From: Calditrichaceae bacterium | GTDB lineage: Bacteria; Calditrichota; Calditrichia; Calditrichales; JBFXGD01 | Length of the DNA: 64,000 nucleotides | Assembly: GCA_050173015.1 (NCBI GenBank) | Contig: JBFXLE010000007.1 | Span: forward strand, 32,001 to 96,000 | Direction of reading: 5' to 3' | Shown here: in pieces, positions 21,510 through 32,319 of the stretch | How positions within the stretch are numbered: position 1 is the stretch's first letter | Layout: the number at the start of each line of letters is the position of its first letter | Notes under the pieces: model-generated | Told to the model about the DNA's origin: nothing | Databases searched by the model: none | What the model saw: only the letters and a program-made list of their open reading frames with translations | Position numbers and translations under genes: made by a program

Positions 21510-22631
21510 ATGAAAGAATTTTCCCACAGACAGAAAATTATCGTTATCGCGCTGATTATTATTCTGATAACCTCCGCGCATTATACAATGAGTCATGCGG
21601 TTGTTTATCTTCATGATATTTCCAGGAGAATGTACTATCTGCCGATTATCCTCGCCAGTTATTGGTTTGGGAAAAAAGGGGGGATTTATTCGGCCGCGTC
21701 TGTCACCATTTTATATTTTCCACACGCTTTATTTTCATGGTACGGCAGAAATCCGCGCTATCTCGACAACATGATCGAAATTGTATTCTTTAATATTGTC
21801 GGCTACATGATCGGCACCTACATAGAAAGAAAAAACGATCAGAAAAGATCGGCAGAGAAAAGCGCGCGCGAACTTCAGGAAGCCTACTCCCTTTTACAGA
21901 ATAACACGGAAAAAATCATTCAACTCGAAGACGAATTACGGTTTGCCGATCGTCTCTCTATTCTGGGAGAACTCTCCGCGAGCCTTGCCCATGAAGTGAG
22001 AAATCCGCTGGGAAGCATTCAGGGAGCCACGGAAATCCTTCAAAAAAAGATATCCGAAAATGAACCGGAATATGAATTTATCAAAATCCAGCTTGACGAA
22101 ATCAAACGTCTGGACAAAGTGGTTGAGAATTACCTGAGTCTGACCCAAAGAGATCAAAAAGCATACATAAAGGTAAATCTTATCGACTTAGTTTCTAATT
22201 CAATGGCCCTGGTACGCGTATCAGCCGGTTCACGTAATGTCAGTCTCACCACTGAATTCCCGGATGAAAAGCAGATTTTTGTTCATGGCGATCCTGTTCA
22301 AATCCAACAGGCGCTGCTTAATGTGGCGCTTAACGCGATTTATGCCGTGTCTGATGGGGGCTCTCTCAAGTGTGAAATATTGCTAAACATGGAAGATGAT
22401 CATGTGGTCGTGGTAATTACGGATTCGGGTCCCGGAGTATTAAAGGAGATTGAAGAAAATATTTTCGATCCGTTCTTTTCAACAAAAGAAGACGGAACCG
22501 GCCTCGGGCTCGCGATAGTCAAACGGATTATGACTCAGCATGGAGGAAATGTCTGGTTTAACAATCAGACGGAAGGCGCCTCTTTCTTTCTCCGGTTTCC
22601 CATCTGGAAACCCGAACAGTCGCGGGAATGA
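21510..22631 (+). CDS. Membrane sensor histidine kinase
   Basis: N-terminal TM helices, LAHEVRNPL H-box, N/G1/F/G2 boxes. Confidence 0.93.
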   Translation: MKEFSHRQKIIVIALIIILITSAHYTMSHAVVYLHDISRRMYYLPIILASYWFGKKGGIYSAASVTILYFPHALFSWYGRNPRYLDNMIEIVFFNIVGYMIGTYIERKNDQKRSAEKSARELQEAYSLLQNNTEKIIQLEDELRFADRLSILGELSASLAHEVRNPLGSIQGATEILQKKISENEPEYEFIKIQLDEIKRLDKVVENYLSLTQRDQKAYIKVNLIDLVSNSMALVRVSAGSRNVSLTTEFPDEKQIFVHGDPVQIQQALLNVALNAIYAVSDGGSLKCEILLNMEDDHVVVVITDSGPGVLKEIEENIFDPFFSTKEDGTGLGLAIVKRIMTQHGGNVWFNNQTEGASFFLRFPIWKPEQSRE

Positions 22632-22659
22632 TCTAAAAATTTACAGGACAAATATCATC

Positions 22660-24009
22660 ATGAAGTTTACCATTCTGCTTGCCGATGACGACACGAATCT
22701 GCTACGGGTGACCGAATATCAGCTGGAAGACGCGGGGTTCAATGTGCTGACCGCGTCTGACGGCGAATCCGCCTATAATTTATATCATTCTCAATCGGCT
22801 GACCTGGTTTTAACCGATCTCAATATGCCCGGAATGGACGGACTGGAGCTTATAAAAAAAATCCGTATTACAGATACAAGAACCCCCATAATCGTGATAA
22901 CCGCATACGGCTCTATCGATAATGCCATAAAATCAACTCAATTCGGCGCCGATGACTACATCACAAAACCATTCAGTTTTGAAGCCCTTAAGTTTTCAAT
23001 CGATAAAAATCTGCAAATCAAAAAAATCAGCACAGAGAACGAGAATCTTAAACAACGCCTTTCCGACAAATACACACCGGAAAACATGATAGGACAAAGC
23101 CCGGGGATGAAAGCCGTCTTTGAAATGGTAGATAAAGTTTCCAACAGTGACGCCAATGTGATTATACTTGGTGAAAGCGGCACGGGAAAAGAACTGGTCG
23201 CCAGGGCTATACACAATAAAAGTCCCCGGAGCGGTCATCCATTTGTCGCGGTAAATTGCGCGTCCATTCCTCATAATCTGATGGAGAGCGAGTTGTTTGG
23301 ACATGTAAGAGGCGCGTTTACCGGGGCCATAAAAGATACAATGGGCAAATTCGAAGCCGCCAACCGCGGCACACTTTTCCTTGATGAGATTGGCGATCTT
23401 GATATTGATCTTCAGTCAAAACTTTTGCGAGTACTGCAGGACAGGGAAATACAACGGATCGGAGATGCCCAGACCCGTAAAATAGATGTACGCATATTGT
23501 CGGCAACGCACCGAAATCTGGATGACATGGTTGCCGGAGGCGAATTCCGGCAAGATCTGTTTTTCAGATTGAATGTTGTCCCGCTTACCATTCCTCCCTT
23601 ACGGGAACGCAAGGAAGATATTCCCTTATTAATTCATCATTTCATCCAGGGTTTGGAACCTTCCAAAAAAATCACCATTTCCGATCAGGCAATCAAAGGA
23701 CTTGTCAATTATCAGTGGCCCGGAAATATCAGAGAACTCGAAAATCTGATGGAGCGCTTTTCAATCCTGTTTCCGGGAAAAGAGATACAAACCGGACAGA
23801 TTCCATTTATCGCCAAAAGTTACCGCGCGGATGAAAACTCCATTACAATTCCTTTTACCGATGATGGGATCGCTCTTGATGAAATTGAAAGAATGGTCAT
23901 CATCGAAGCGCTGAAACGAAACGATAATAACCAGACAAAAACAGCATCATTCCTGAAAATCCCCCGCCATGTTCTGATTTATCGGATAAAAAAGCTAAAT
24001 ATAAAATGA
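22660..24009 (+). CDS. ZraR/NtrC-family sigma54 response regulator
   Basis: [17 protein letters not shown] and HTH; start taken at MKFTILL. Confidence 0.93.
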   Translation: MKFTILLADDDTNLLRVTEYQLEDAGFNVLTASDGESAYNLYHSQSADLVLTDLNMPGMDGLELIKKIRITDTRTPIIVITAYGSIDNAIKSTQFGADDYITKPFSFEALKFSIDKNLQIKKISTENENLKQRLSDKYTPENMIGQSPGMKAVFEMVDKVSNSDANVIILGESGTGKELVARAIHNKSPRSGHPFVAVNCASIPHNLMESELFGHVRGAFTGAIKDTMGKFEAANRGTLFLDEIGDLDIDLQSKLLRVLQDREIQRIGDAQTRKIDVRILSATHRNLDDMVAGGEFRQDLFFRLNVVPLTIPPLRERKEDIPLLIHHFIQGLEPSKKITISDQAIKGLVNYQWPGNIRELENLMERFSILFPGKEIQTGQIPFIAKSYRADENSITIPFTDDGIALDEIERMVIIEALKRNDNNQTKTASFLKIPRHVLIYRIKKLNIK

Positions 24010-24210
24010 ACACGATTACCCGCTTCACTTCCCCCGCCGGTGATTTTTAACCTGTTTTGAACATCCGCCGTGAGTTGATGACTATTCTCCAGTTTTATTG
24101 TACAATATTCTACAAATCCGCGCATACTTATTAAAAACCATTTCTGCCTTAAATTGCTAATCAAATGTTTTTATTACACTTGCCATTCGGGTTATCCAAA
24201 GAATTATGAC

Positions 24211-24226
24211 TGGCATCATTCTTGAA
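24211..24226 (+). promoter_or_regulatory. Variant sigma54 promoter of the efflux operon
   Basis: TGGCATCATTCTTGAA (GG-N10-GA) directly after a bEBP gene; palindrome TTGTA-N8-TACAA near 24098-24115. Confidence 0.5.
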
Positions 24227-24238
24227 ATAGTAATCAGT

Positions 24239-24496
24239 ATGAAAAATTTACTGATTATCACAGCATTGGCGGGTGTCATCATGTTTTTCCCTGTCTCAAT
24301 CAATAACAGCACCTGTCTTTTCGGCTACCTCACCGGAAGTTGGATTCACAGCGCGGATCATGCTCACGGGATGGGTTCTGTTATGCTGAATCATTATCTC
24401 AGAAATTTTGTGTTCTTCTGGTGGGGTTCAATCGCTCTTGCTATTTATCTGTTGACCCGAAAAAAGAAAACCGATGAAAAAAAGGAAATACAATGA
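24239..24496 (+). CDS. Small two-TM protein with His/Met/Cys-rich loop
   Basis: TM - TCLFG...HSADHAHGMGSVMLNHY - TM; stop overlaps the tolC start (ATGA). Confidence 0.7.
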   Translation: MKNLLIITALAGVIMFFPVSINNSTCLFGYLTGSWIHSADHAHGMGSVMLNHYLRNFVFFWWGSIALAIYLLTRKKKTDEKKEIQ

Positions 24497-25734
24497 TTTA
24501 CAAACGGATTCTCAGGATTTTTATTTTTTTACTGATCATCACCGGCCAGATACAGGCGCAGGCAAGTCTTGACCAATTGATTGAAGAGGCTCTGCACGCG
24601 AATCCGGATATTAACCGGGTTAAAAATGAACTTAATGCTCGGAAATTCAACATCGGACCCGCCGGCAGTCTGCCGGATCCCGAAATAACATTTGGCCTGA
24701 ATAACCTGCCTACGGATACTTATGCTTTCAATCAGGAACCCATGACTCAAAAAACCATCGGTCTGATGCAAATGATTCCCTTTTGGGGAAAGTTGAACAT
24801 GAAACAGGATATGGCTGAAATTGACGCGCTGATTGGAGCGGAACGTTATGATGAATCCAAACTGCAAATTATAAGGCTCGTAAAAAACACCTATTACGAT
24901 CTCTACTATATCTCAAAAGCCATTGAGATAACAGATGAGAACAGGCAGCTTTTGGAAAATGTACTTCAGGTGGCAACAATTAAATATCAGTCGGGCAAGG
25001 GTATCCAGCGGGATCTTCTGCAAAGTCAGCTGGAACTGCTAAAACTGGATGAAATGCTTGAAATTCTGAAGCAGCAGGAATCGGTACTGAAAGCGCGGCT
25101 GAATATTTTATTAGACCGCGCCCCCGATCGACCGATTGAAAATCCTCAGACGCTCATAACCGGCAGATTCGATAAAAGTCTGGATCAGATCATGGAACTT
25201 TCGATTCAGAATAATCCCATGTTAAAGATAAAAGATATGACTACTGAAAAAACATCTGTCGCGGAGAAGTTAAAAAGAAGAGAATATTGGCCGGATATCT
25301 CCCTTGCCGCCATGTACGGGCAGCGTGAGAATCGGCCCGACTTTTTATCGGCAACTGTTTCCCTCAGCATACCGATCTACGCCCGTCGAAAGCAAAGTCA
25401 AAAAGTTCAGGAGGCAGCCGCCCTGAATGAAAGCGCTAAATTCGATTATGAAGACACAAAGAATGACCTTCTGTATCAGATAAAAGTCATGTATGATGAT
25501 TCTCAAAAAAATCACAGGCTTCTGGAGCTCTATGAGAATCAGATGATACCGCAATCCCGACAGGCCTATGAATCGGCTATTTCAGCTTACACAAACGACC
25601 GCATCGATTATACCTCAATGATCGATAACCTGATGACCGTCTACAAGTATCAGCTGGCGCGTGAAAATGTTTTGTCCGCCTATAATAAAAACATCGCGGA
25701 TCTTGAATTTTTGACGGGAGAAGGGGTGAAGTAG
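24493..25734 (+). CDS. TolC-family outer membrane efflux protein
   Basis: Signal peptide, LPDPEI, QMIPFWGK and OEP helical repeats. Confidence 0.9.
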   Translation: MIYKRILRIFIFLLIITGQIQAQASLDQLIEEALHANPDINRVKNELNARKFNIGPAGSLPDPEITFGLNNLPTDTYAFNQEPMTQKTIGLMQMIPFWGKLNMKQDMAEIDALIGAERYDESKLQIIRLVKNTYYDLYYISKAIEITDENRQLLENVLQVATIKYQSGKGIQRDLLQSQLELLKLDEMLEILKQQESVLKARLNILLDRAPDRPIENPQTLITGRFDKSLDQIMELSIQNNPMLKIKDMTTEKTSVAEKLKRREYWPDISLAAMYGQRENRPDFLSATVSLSIPIYARRKQSQKVQEAAALNESAKFDYEDTKNDLLYQIKVMYDDSQKNHRLLELYENQMIPQSRQAYESAISAYTNDRIDYTSMIDNLMTVYKYQLARENVLSAYNKNIADLEFLTGEGVK

Positions 25735-25798
25735 GAAGTAGGAAGTAGGAAGTAAGAAGTAAGAAGTAAGAAGTAGGAAGTAGGAAGTAGGAAGTAAG
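25729..25798 (+). repeat. Ten AAGTA(G/A)G heptamers starting at the tolC stop codon
   Basis: Direct count; the first unit contains the TAG. Confidence 0.95.
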
Positions 25799-25836
25799 AT
25801 TTAAGAGCGTTAAGAGAAAAGAGTTAAGAGTTAAGA

Positions 25837-25861
25837 GTAGGGGCACGATGCTCGTGCCCTA
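25837..25861 (+). repeat. GTAG-type REP-like palindrome
   Basis: GTAG-GGGCACGA-TGC-TCGTGCCC-TA. Confidence 0.75.
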
Positions 25862-25865
25862 AGTT

Positions 25866-26410
25866 AGAAGTAGGAAGTAAGAATTAGTCTGAACTTTGAT
25901 TAAAATGATTAAATGATGAGCATGATTTAAGCACTTAATTCCGCGTACTCCCCGTAGGTCATCCTGGAAGGATCTTCTGCTTGATTGGGAAGAGGCGGAA
26001 AGTGAGAAAAAAGATAAAAGAAAAAAAATTAAGAATGGTCTGAACCGTGACGCGTCCGCCTCTGGTGGATTAATATAATTAAGAAATTGGAAATCAGAGT
26101 TCAGACAAAGAAGTAGGAAGTAAGAAGTAGGAAGTAAGAATTAGTCTGAACTTTGATTAAAATGATTAAATGATGAGCATGATTTAAGCACTTAATTCCG
26201 CGTACTCCCCGTAGGTCATCCTGGAAGGATCTTCTGCTTGCTTGGGAAGAGGCGGAAAGTGAGAAAAAAGATAAAAGAAAAAAAATTAAGAATGGTCTGA
26301 ACCGGGACGTGTCCGCCTCTGGTGGATTAAAATGATTTAATGATTTGGATGATTAAGAAATTGGATATCAGGGTAATCATCTGATCACACAAATCAGAGT
26401 TCAGATAATG
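25866..26410. repeat. Tandem duplication (257-bp period) of composite palindromic-repeat DNA
   Basis: 25866-26073 vs 26123-26330 differ at 3 of 208 positions; contains TCTGAAC...GTTCAGA elements with GATT periodicity and GTCATCCTGGAAGGATCT. Confidence 0.9.
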
Positions 26411-26444
26411 AAAATGATTGAAGCAAAAATCAAAGGAGTAAGGC

Positions 26445-28319
26445 ATGTCATTTAAAGAAATCTTTTTAAAAAATAAAACCCGGATTATTTGGAGCTCATT
26501 CATATTATTAGCGTTCATCATCGGTTACTCGCTGAACAGCGCTCCGAAAACATCAGATGAACATAATCATGCTGAAGATTCACTCCAAAAGAACACGATC
26601 TGGACATGTTCGATGCATCCTCAGGTTCAGCAGCCAAATCCGGGGCAATGCCCCATCTGCGGCATGGATCTCATCCCTGTCAGCAATGACAGCGGAGGCG
26701 ATGAAGGATACCGGGAAATTCGGTTGTCTGAAAAAGCCATAAAACTCGCGGAGATTCAGTTAGCCCGTGTCGAACGGCAGACCGTCCGCGCCAATATCCG
26801 TTTGACCGGTAAAATCGGATATGACGAAACGCGCCTTGGATATATCACATCCCGCATTCCCGGAAGGATTGACCGGCTGTACGCCGATTATACAGGAACC
26901 ACCGTCCGCAAAGGCGAAAAGCTGGCCGATATCTATAGTCCCGAACTTCTTTCCACACAACAGGAATTGATTCAATCCTTAAAAGTATATGATCAGTCCC
27001 AAAATGGTTCTCAGGCGATATCAAAAACGGCTCTTCAGACTTTAAACGCCGTGCGGGAACGGCTGCGTTTGTGGGGATTCACAAATGAGCATATAAGCGC
27101 CATTGAAAAGAGCGGAACCCCGGCCGAGCATTTACCGATTTACTCCCCGCTGACCGGCACGGTGATTCATAAGAATGCCGTCGAGGGAATTTATGTCAAT
27201 ACCGGAAGCCCGATCTACACGATCGCGGATCTTTCTCAGGTCTGGGTCCTTCTTGACGCCTATGAGAGTGATCTTTCCTGGCTGGCGGTCGGAAACGATG
27301 CCGAATTCACCGCTGAAGCCTGGCCGGGAGAGACTTTTAAAGGGAAAATATCTTTTATCGATCCCGTTCTCAATGATAAAAGCCGGACGATAAAAATTCG
27401 TGTTCAGGCGAAAAATTCCAACGGCCGGTTAAAGCCTGATATGTTTGTTCACGCGGTTATAAAATCAAAACCGGTCATGGCTGCCTCCGCCTTCCCGGTT
27501 TCTCCCCTGATCATTCCCGCGTCGGCGCCGCTTATTACAGGTAAAAGAGCGGTTGTTTATGTCGCAAATCCCGATAAAGACGGGATGTATGAAGGACGCG
27601 AAATTGTGCTCGGACCGCGGACCGGAGATTATTACATCGTAAAAGAGGGTCTCGATGAGGGGGAGATGGTTGTGGTTAACGGAGCGTTTAAGATCGACAG
27701 CGCCATCCAGATTGTCGCCAAACCCAGTATGATGAATCCTGAAGGCGGCACCCGCCAAACCGGACATGATCACGGCGGTAATTCTCAAAAAACGACTGCG
27801 CCGATGAAAAATAATGAAGACAAACAAGCGGCAGAAGAAATACAACGTTTTGATGGAATATCTGCTCTGTTCCTGACTCAATTAGACGGAGTTTACTCAA
27901 ATTATTTCGATATCCAGTTTGGCTTAAGTCATGACAATCAGGAAAGCGCGCAAAAAGCAGCGAATGATTTGTTGAAAAGTTTGAGTGATGTGGATATGAA
28001 ACTCCTCAAAGGCGAATCGCACATGGCCTGGATGAATAATCTGAAATTTATCAAAAAAGGCGGGGAAGGAATCAGCAAATCCGGGACGATCGAATCGGCG
28101 CGCGCCTCTTTTGAAACTTTATCGAACGCCCTTATTCAGACAGCCCGGCAGTTTGGTACCAGCGGGAAACAGGCCGCGCTGGTTTACCACTGTCCTATGG
28201 CATTTGACTATAAAGGCGCCGACTGGATTCAAAACAAGGAAGGCACCGAGAATCCCTATTTTGGAAGTGAAATGTTTAAATGCGGTTCAAAAATTGAAGA
28301 CTTAACAAAGAATAAGTAA
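26445..28319 (+). CDS. cusB: CusB-like RND periplasmic adaptor with heavy-metal-binding and DUF3347-like domains
   Basis: WTCSMHPQV...CPICGMDLIP, LKPDMF and C-terminal HCPMAF...NPYFGSEMFKCG. Confidence 0.9.
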   Translation: MSFKEIFLKNKTRIIWSSFILLAFIIGYSLNSAPKTSDEHNHAEDSLQKNTIWTCSMHPQVQQPNPGQCPICGMDLIPVSNDSGGDEGYREIRLSEKAIKLAEIQLARVERQTVRANIRLTGKIGYDETRLGYITSRIPGRIDRLYADYTGTTVRKGEKLADIYSPELLSTQQELIQSLKVYDQSQNGSQAISKTALQTLNAVRERLRLWGFTNEHISAIEKSGTPAEHLPIYSPLTGTVIHKNAVEGIYVNTGSPIYTIADLSQVWVLLDAYESDLSWLAVGNDAEFTAEAWPGETFKGKISFIDPVLNDKSRTIKIRVQAKNSNGRLKPDMFVHAVIKSKPVMAASAFPVSPLIIPASAPLITGKRAVVYVANPDKDGMYEGREIVLGPRTGDYYIVKEGLDEGEMVVVNGAFKIDSAIQIVAKPSMMNPEGGTRQTGHDHGGNSQKTTAPMKNNEDKQAAEEIQRFDGISALFLTQLDGVYSNYFDIQFGLSHDNQESAQKAANDLLKSLSDVDMKLLKGESHMAWMNNLKFIKKGGEGISKSGTIESARASFETLSNALIQTARQFGTSGKQAALVYHCPMAFDYKGADWIQNKEGTENPYFGSEMFKCGSKIEDLTKNK

Positions 28320-28377
28320 ATGAATTCATCCAGGCGTCACCGGTGATTTCCGGTGAGCAATCTGAAATTGAGGAGAT

Positions 28378-31300
28378 ATGGAAAACTACAATCCTGTTGA
28401 TAAAATTATCCGCTTTTGTCTTGAGAACAAACTGGTTGTCAGTCTGTTTTTGATAATGATTATTGTTTGGGGTATTATGGTTGCCCCCTTCGACTGGAAT
28501 ATCACCGGTCTGCCGCGTGATCCCGTTGCTGTGGACGCGATTCCCGATATCGGTGAAAACCAGCAGATTGTGTTTACTGAATGGCCGGGGCGTTCTCCGC
28601 AGGATGTGGAAGACCAGATCACCTACCCTCTGACGGTATCGCTTCTCGGTATCCCCGGCGTGAAAACGGTCCGCAGTTATTCCATGTTCGGATTCTCAAC
28701 CATCTATATCATTTTTAAGGAGGATATCGAATTTTACTGGTCCCGGTCACGGGTTCTTGAACGTATGAACAGTCTCTCTCCGGGTACTTTACCGGCTAAT
28801 GTTCAGCCTACGCTCGGACCGGACGCGACCGCCCTGGGTCAGGTATTCTGGTACACGCTTGAAGGACATGACGAAAAAGGAAATCCCACGGGAGGCTGGG
28901 ATCTTCAGGAATTGCGTTCCATTCAGGATTTTTATGTGAAATATGCCCTGCTTTCCGCGGAGGGTGTAAGCGAAGTCGCCTCTGTGGGCGGATTTGTAAA
29001 GGAATATCAGATCGATGTGGACCCGGATGCCATGCGCGCGGCAAACGTGAGTATTAATGATGTGATCATGGCGGTCAAAAATTCGAATGTGGATGTGGGC
29101 GCCCGCAGCATCGAAGTCAATAAGGTGGAGTATGTCATTCGCGGGGTTGGCTTTGTAAAAACAATAAGCGATCTGGAAAATGCCGTTATTAAAGTGAATG
29201 ACAATGTCCCGATTTATGTAAAAAATGTGGCAAACGTCGCTCTGGGGCCGGCGTTAAGGAGAGGCGCGCTGGACAAAGAGGGCGCCGAGGCGGTGGGTGG
29301 TGTTGTCGTTGTCCGCTATGGCGAAAATCCGCTCGCCGTTATTAAAAATGTCAAAAAGAAAATTGATGAAATTACAGTGGGTCTTCCCCAAAAAACATTA
29401 TCAGACGGAACGGTTAGCAAGGTAAAAATAGTGCCTTTTTACGATCGTACCGGTCTCATTTACGAGACACTTGGAACTCTGAACAGCGCCCTCTTTGAGG
29501 AAATCCTTGTTACGATCATCGTTATCCTGATTATGCTTCTGCATCTTCGCAGCTCCATGCTTATTTCCGGTCTGCTGCCCGTAGCCGTGCTCATGGTCTT
29601 TATCGCCATGAAACAGTTCGGGGTGGACGCCAATATTGTCGCGCTTTCTGGGATCGCGATCGCCATTGGCACCATGGTCGATGTGGGTGTGGTGATCAGT
29701 GAAAATATTATCCGGCATCTTGAGGAAGCCGATCCATCTGAAAGCCGGCTGGAGGTCATATTCCGGGCAACGAGTGAAGTGGGCAGCGCCGTTTTAACGG
29801 CTGTCGCCACCACCGTGGTGGGATTTCTTCCCGTATTTACCATGGTGGCCGCCGAGGGGAAACTTTTTAAACCGCTGGCCTATACAAAAACTTTTGCCCT
29901 GATTGCCTCCATCATCGTGGCGCTGACCATTATTCCTCCTTTCGCTCAGGCTCTGTTTACTTTTAAAATTAAAGGTCAAAAGCTGCGCAAATATTTAAAT
30001 ATCGCCCTGATTTTCGTGGGATTCATCCTAATGATTCTGTTGCCCTGGTGGATCGGCATGATTGTGATTCTGATCGGGGTTTATCATTTATTCATTACCG
30101 GCGCCGCTGACAAATCCGGATCGGAAGATGAATATATCCGCATGGGTCAGTCCTTAAAAATAAAGAAAAGCCGGCTGCCCTATATTTCAAACGGACTGGT
30201 GATTTTGCTTGTTATCATTTTTCTGACCGATCACTGGCTGCCATTGGGCCCCGAAAAAGGACTCGTACGAAATGCCCTTTTTGTTCTCATTCTCATCGGC
30301 GGACTGATGTCACTATTTCTAACATTCCAGAAATACTATTCAAATATCCTGAGATGGGCGTTGGATCACCGTGTCGCGTTCTTATCAATCCCGCTGCTGA
30401 TTACTTTTATAGGTTTTAATGTGTGGCTTGGCTTTGATACTTTTTTCGGATGGCTGCCGCAGGCTGTGCGTGTTTCACGACCCGTATCCGCGGTTGCTCA
30501 CGCTTTTCCCGGATTAGGAAAGGAATTTATGCCGCCTCTTGATGAGGGTTCATATCTGTATATGCCGACAACCATGCCCCACGCCTCTATCGGGGAAGTA
30601 CTTGATGTCATGCAAAAACAGGATATTCGCATCAACGCCATTCCGGAAGTCGAGCAGGCCGTCGGAAAATTAGGCCGCGCCGATTCCCCTCTTGATCCCG
30701 CTCCCATTTCAATGATAGAAACGGTGATTAATTATTCCCCGCGTTATATCAGCGATATGGACGGAAAAAGTCTGACATTTAAATTTGACGAGGATTCGGT
30801 GGATTATTTCCGTTCGGTTGACGGAACTCCACTGCAGGCTCCCGACGGCGATCCTTACCTTGTTCAGGGTTCATTTATCCGCGATGATGAAAACCGCTTA
30901 ATTCCCCAAAACGGAGGTACCCCTTTCAGACTCTGGCGCCCCGCGCTCGATCCGGATCTGAATCCGGGCAGAGACCCCTGGCCCGGCATCAATTCACCGG
31001 ATGCCATCTGGGAGGAAATCCTCAAGGCCGCCGAGATGCCGGGAACCACCTCCGCGCCAAAATTACAGCCGATTGCCACACGTATTGTTATGCTGCAGAG
31101 CGGAATGCGCGCGCCGATGGGTATCAAAGTCAAAGGTCCCGATCTTCAGACGATTGAAAATGTCGGGATTGAACTGGAACGGTTTTTAAAACAGGTACCA
31201 TCGATCGAACCGGCGTCTGTGTTCGCGGACCGGATCGTCGGAAAACCCTATCTGGAAATCATCATTGACCGCAACGCCATCGCCCGGTACGGTATAAAAC

Positions 31301-32298
31301 TTAATCAGGTTCAGGAAGTCATCGAAACCGCGATCGGCGGTAAACCGATCAGCACTACCGTCGAAGGAAGGGAGCGTTATCCGATCAGAGTAAGATACCC
31401 GCGGGAACTTCGTGATAACATCGAAGCCTTGGGACGTATCCTTGTTCCGGCACCCGGGAACGCTCAGATTCCCATAGAGCAGCTCGCTGATATCGAATAT
31501 GTCCGCGGCCCCCAAATGATCAAAAGTGAAGACACCTTTCTCACCGGTTATGTATTGTTTGACATGAAACCCGGCTATTCCGAAGTCAATGTGGTTGAAC
31601 AGGCCAGGGATTACTTAATACAAAAAATTGAAGACGGTGAGTTAGATATACCCGCAGGAGTCAGCTATCACTTTGCCGGAAGTTATGAAAATCAGATCCG
31701 CGCGCAAAAAAAACTGACGGTAGTTCTGCCGCTCGCGTTGTTTATCATCTTTCTTATTCTCTACTTTCAGTTCAAATCCGTGCCGACAACCGCGCTGGTG
31801 TTTTCGGGAATTCTGGTGGCATGGGCCGGAGGTTTTATTATGCTCTGGCTATACGGGCAAAACTGGTTTATGGATTTTTCCATCTTTGGATCGAACCTGC
31901 GTGAATTATTCCAGATGCACCCCTATAATTTGAGCGTAGCGGTCTGGGTGGGATTTCTCGCGCTGTTCGGTATCGCTTCAGATGACGGTGTCATCATTGC
32001 CACTTACCTTGATCAAAGTTTTGCCAAACATGAACCCTCAACCATCACCGAAATTCGCGAAGCCACCATCTATGCCGGAAAACGCCGTGTGCGTCCCGCG
32101 CTGATGACCATGGCTACGACCATACTTGCCCTGATTCCGGTGCTCACTTCCACCGGCCGGGGCTCGGATATCATGGTACCCATGGCGATTCCATCCTTTG
32201 GCGGGATGAGTTTCGCGGTTATAACCATGCTGGTTGTGCCGGTTCTTTATTCATGGATAAAAGAAAGCAGATTAAAAACACAAAATAAATCGTTGTAG
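28378..32298 (+). CDS. cusA: CusA/CzcA-family heavy-metal RND permease
   Basis: VDAIPDIGENQQIV, EFMPPLDEG and RRVRPALMT. Confidence 0.93.
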   Translation: MENYNPVDKIIRFCLENKLVVSLFLIMIIVWGIMVAPFDWNITGLPRDPVAVDAIPDIGENQQIVFTEWPGRSPQDVEDQITYPLTVSLLGIPGVKTVRSYSMFGFSTIYIIFKEDIEFYWSRSRVLERMNSLSPGTLPANVQPTLGPDATALGQVFWYTLEGHDEKGNPTGGWDLQELRSIQDFYVKYALLSAEGVSEVASVGGFVKEYQIDVDPDAMRAANVSINDVIMAVKNSNVDVGARSIEVNKVEYVIRGVGFVKTISDLENAVIKVNDNVPIYVKNVANVALGPALRRGALDKEGAEAVGGVVVVRYGENPLAVIKNVKKKIDEITVGLPQKTLSDGTVSKVKIVPFYDRTGLIYETLGTLNSALFEEILVTIIVILIMLLHLRSSMLISGLLPVAVLMVFIAMKQFGVDANIVALSGIAIAIGTMVDVGVVISENIIRHLEEADPSESRLEVIFRATSEVGSAVLTAVATTVVGFLPVFTMVAAEGKLFKPLAYTKTFALIASIIVALTIIPPFAQALFTFKIKGQKLRKYLNIALIFVGFILMILLPWWIGMIVILIGVYHLFITGAADKSGSEDEYIRMGQSLKIKKSRLPYISNGLVILLVIIFLTDHWLPLGPEKGLVRNALFVLILIGGLMSLFLTFQKYYSNILRWALDHRVAFLSIPLLITFIGFNVWLGFDTFFGWLPQAVRVSRPVSAVAHAFPGLGKEFMPPLDEGSYLYMPTTMPHASIGEVLDVMQKQDIRINAIPEVEQAVGKLGRADSPLDPAPISMIETVINYSPRYISDMDGKSLTFKFDEDSVDYFRSVDGTPLQAPDGDPYLVQGSFIRDDENRLIPQNGGTPFRLWRPALDPDLNPGRDPWPGINSPDAIWEEILKAAEMPGTTSAPKLQPIATRIVMLQSGMRAPMGIKVKGPDLQTIENVGIELERFLKQVPSIEPASVFADRIVGKPYLEIIIDRNAIARYGIKLNQVQEVIETAIGGKPISTTVEGRERYPIRVRYPRELRDNIEALGRILVPAPGNAQIPIEQLADIEYVRGPQMIKSEDTFLTGYVLFDMKPGYSEVNVVEQARDYLIQKIEDGELDIPAGVSYHFAGSYENQIRAQKKLTVVLPLALFIIFLILYFQFKSVPTTALVFSGILVAWAGGFIMLWLYGQNWFMDFSIFGSNLRELFQMHPYNLSVAVWVGFLALFGIASDDGVIIATYLDQSFAKHEPSTITEIREATIYAGKRRVRPALMTMATTILALIPVLTSTGRGSDIMVPMAIPSFGGMSFAVITMLVVPVLYSWIKESRLKTQNKSL

Positions 32299-32319
32299 AG
32301 AATCACTAAGGGGGAAATT

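Noticed and set aside
22540-22659. Extended start of the response regulator
   Set aside because: Overlaps the kinase gene; the REC domain begins at 22660.
25577-25846. ORFs with LLPTSYF repeats (also 49356-49721 and 49469-49651)
   Set aside because: Translations of heptamer DNA repeats, antisense to real genes.
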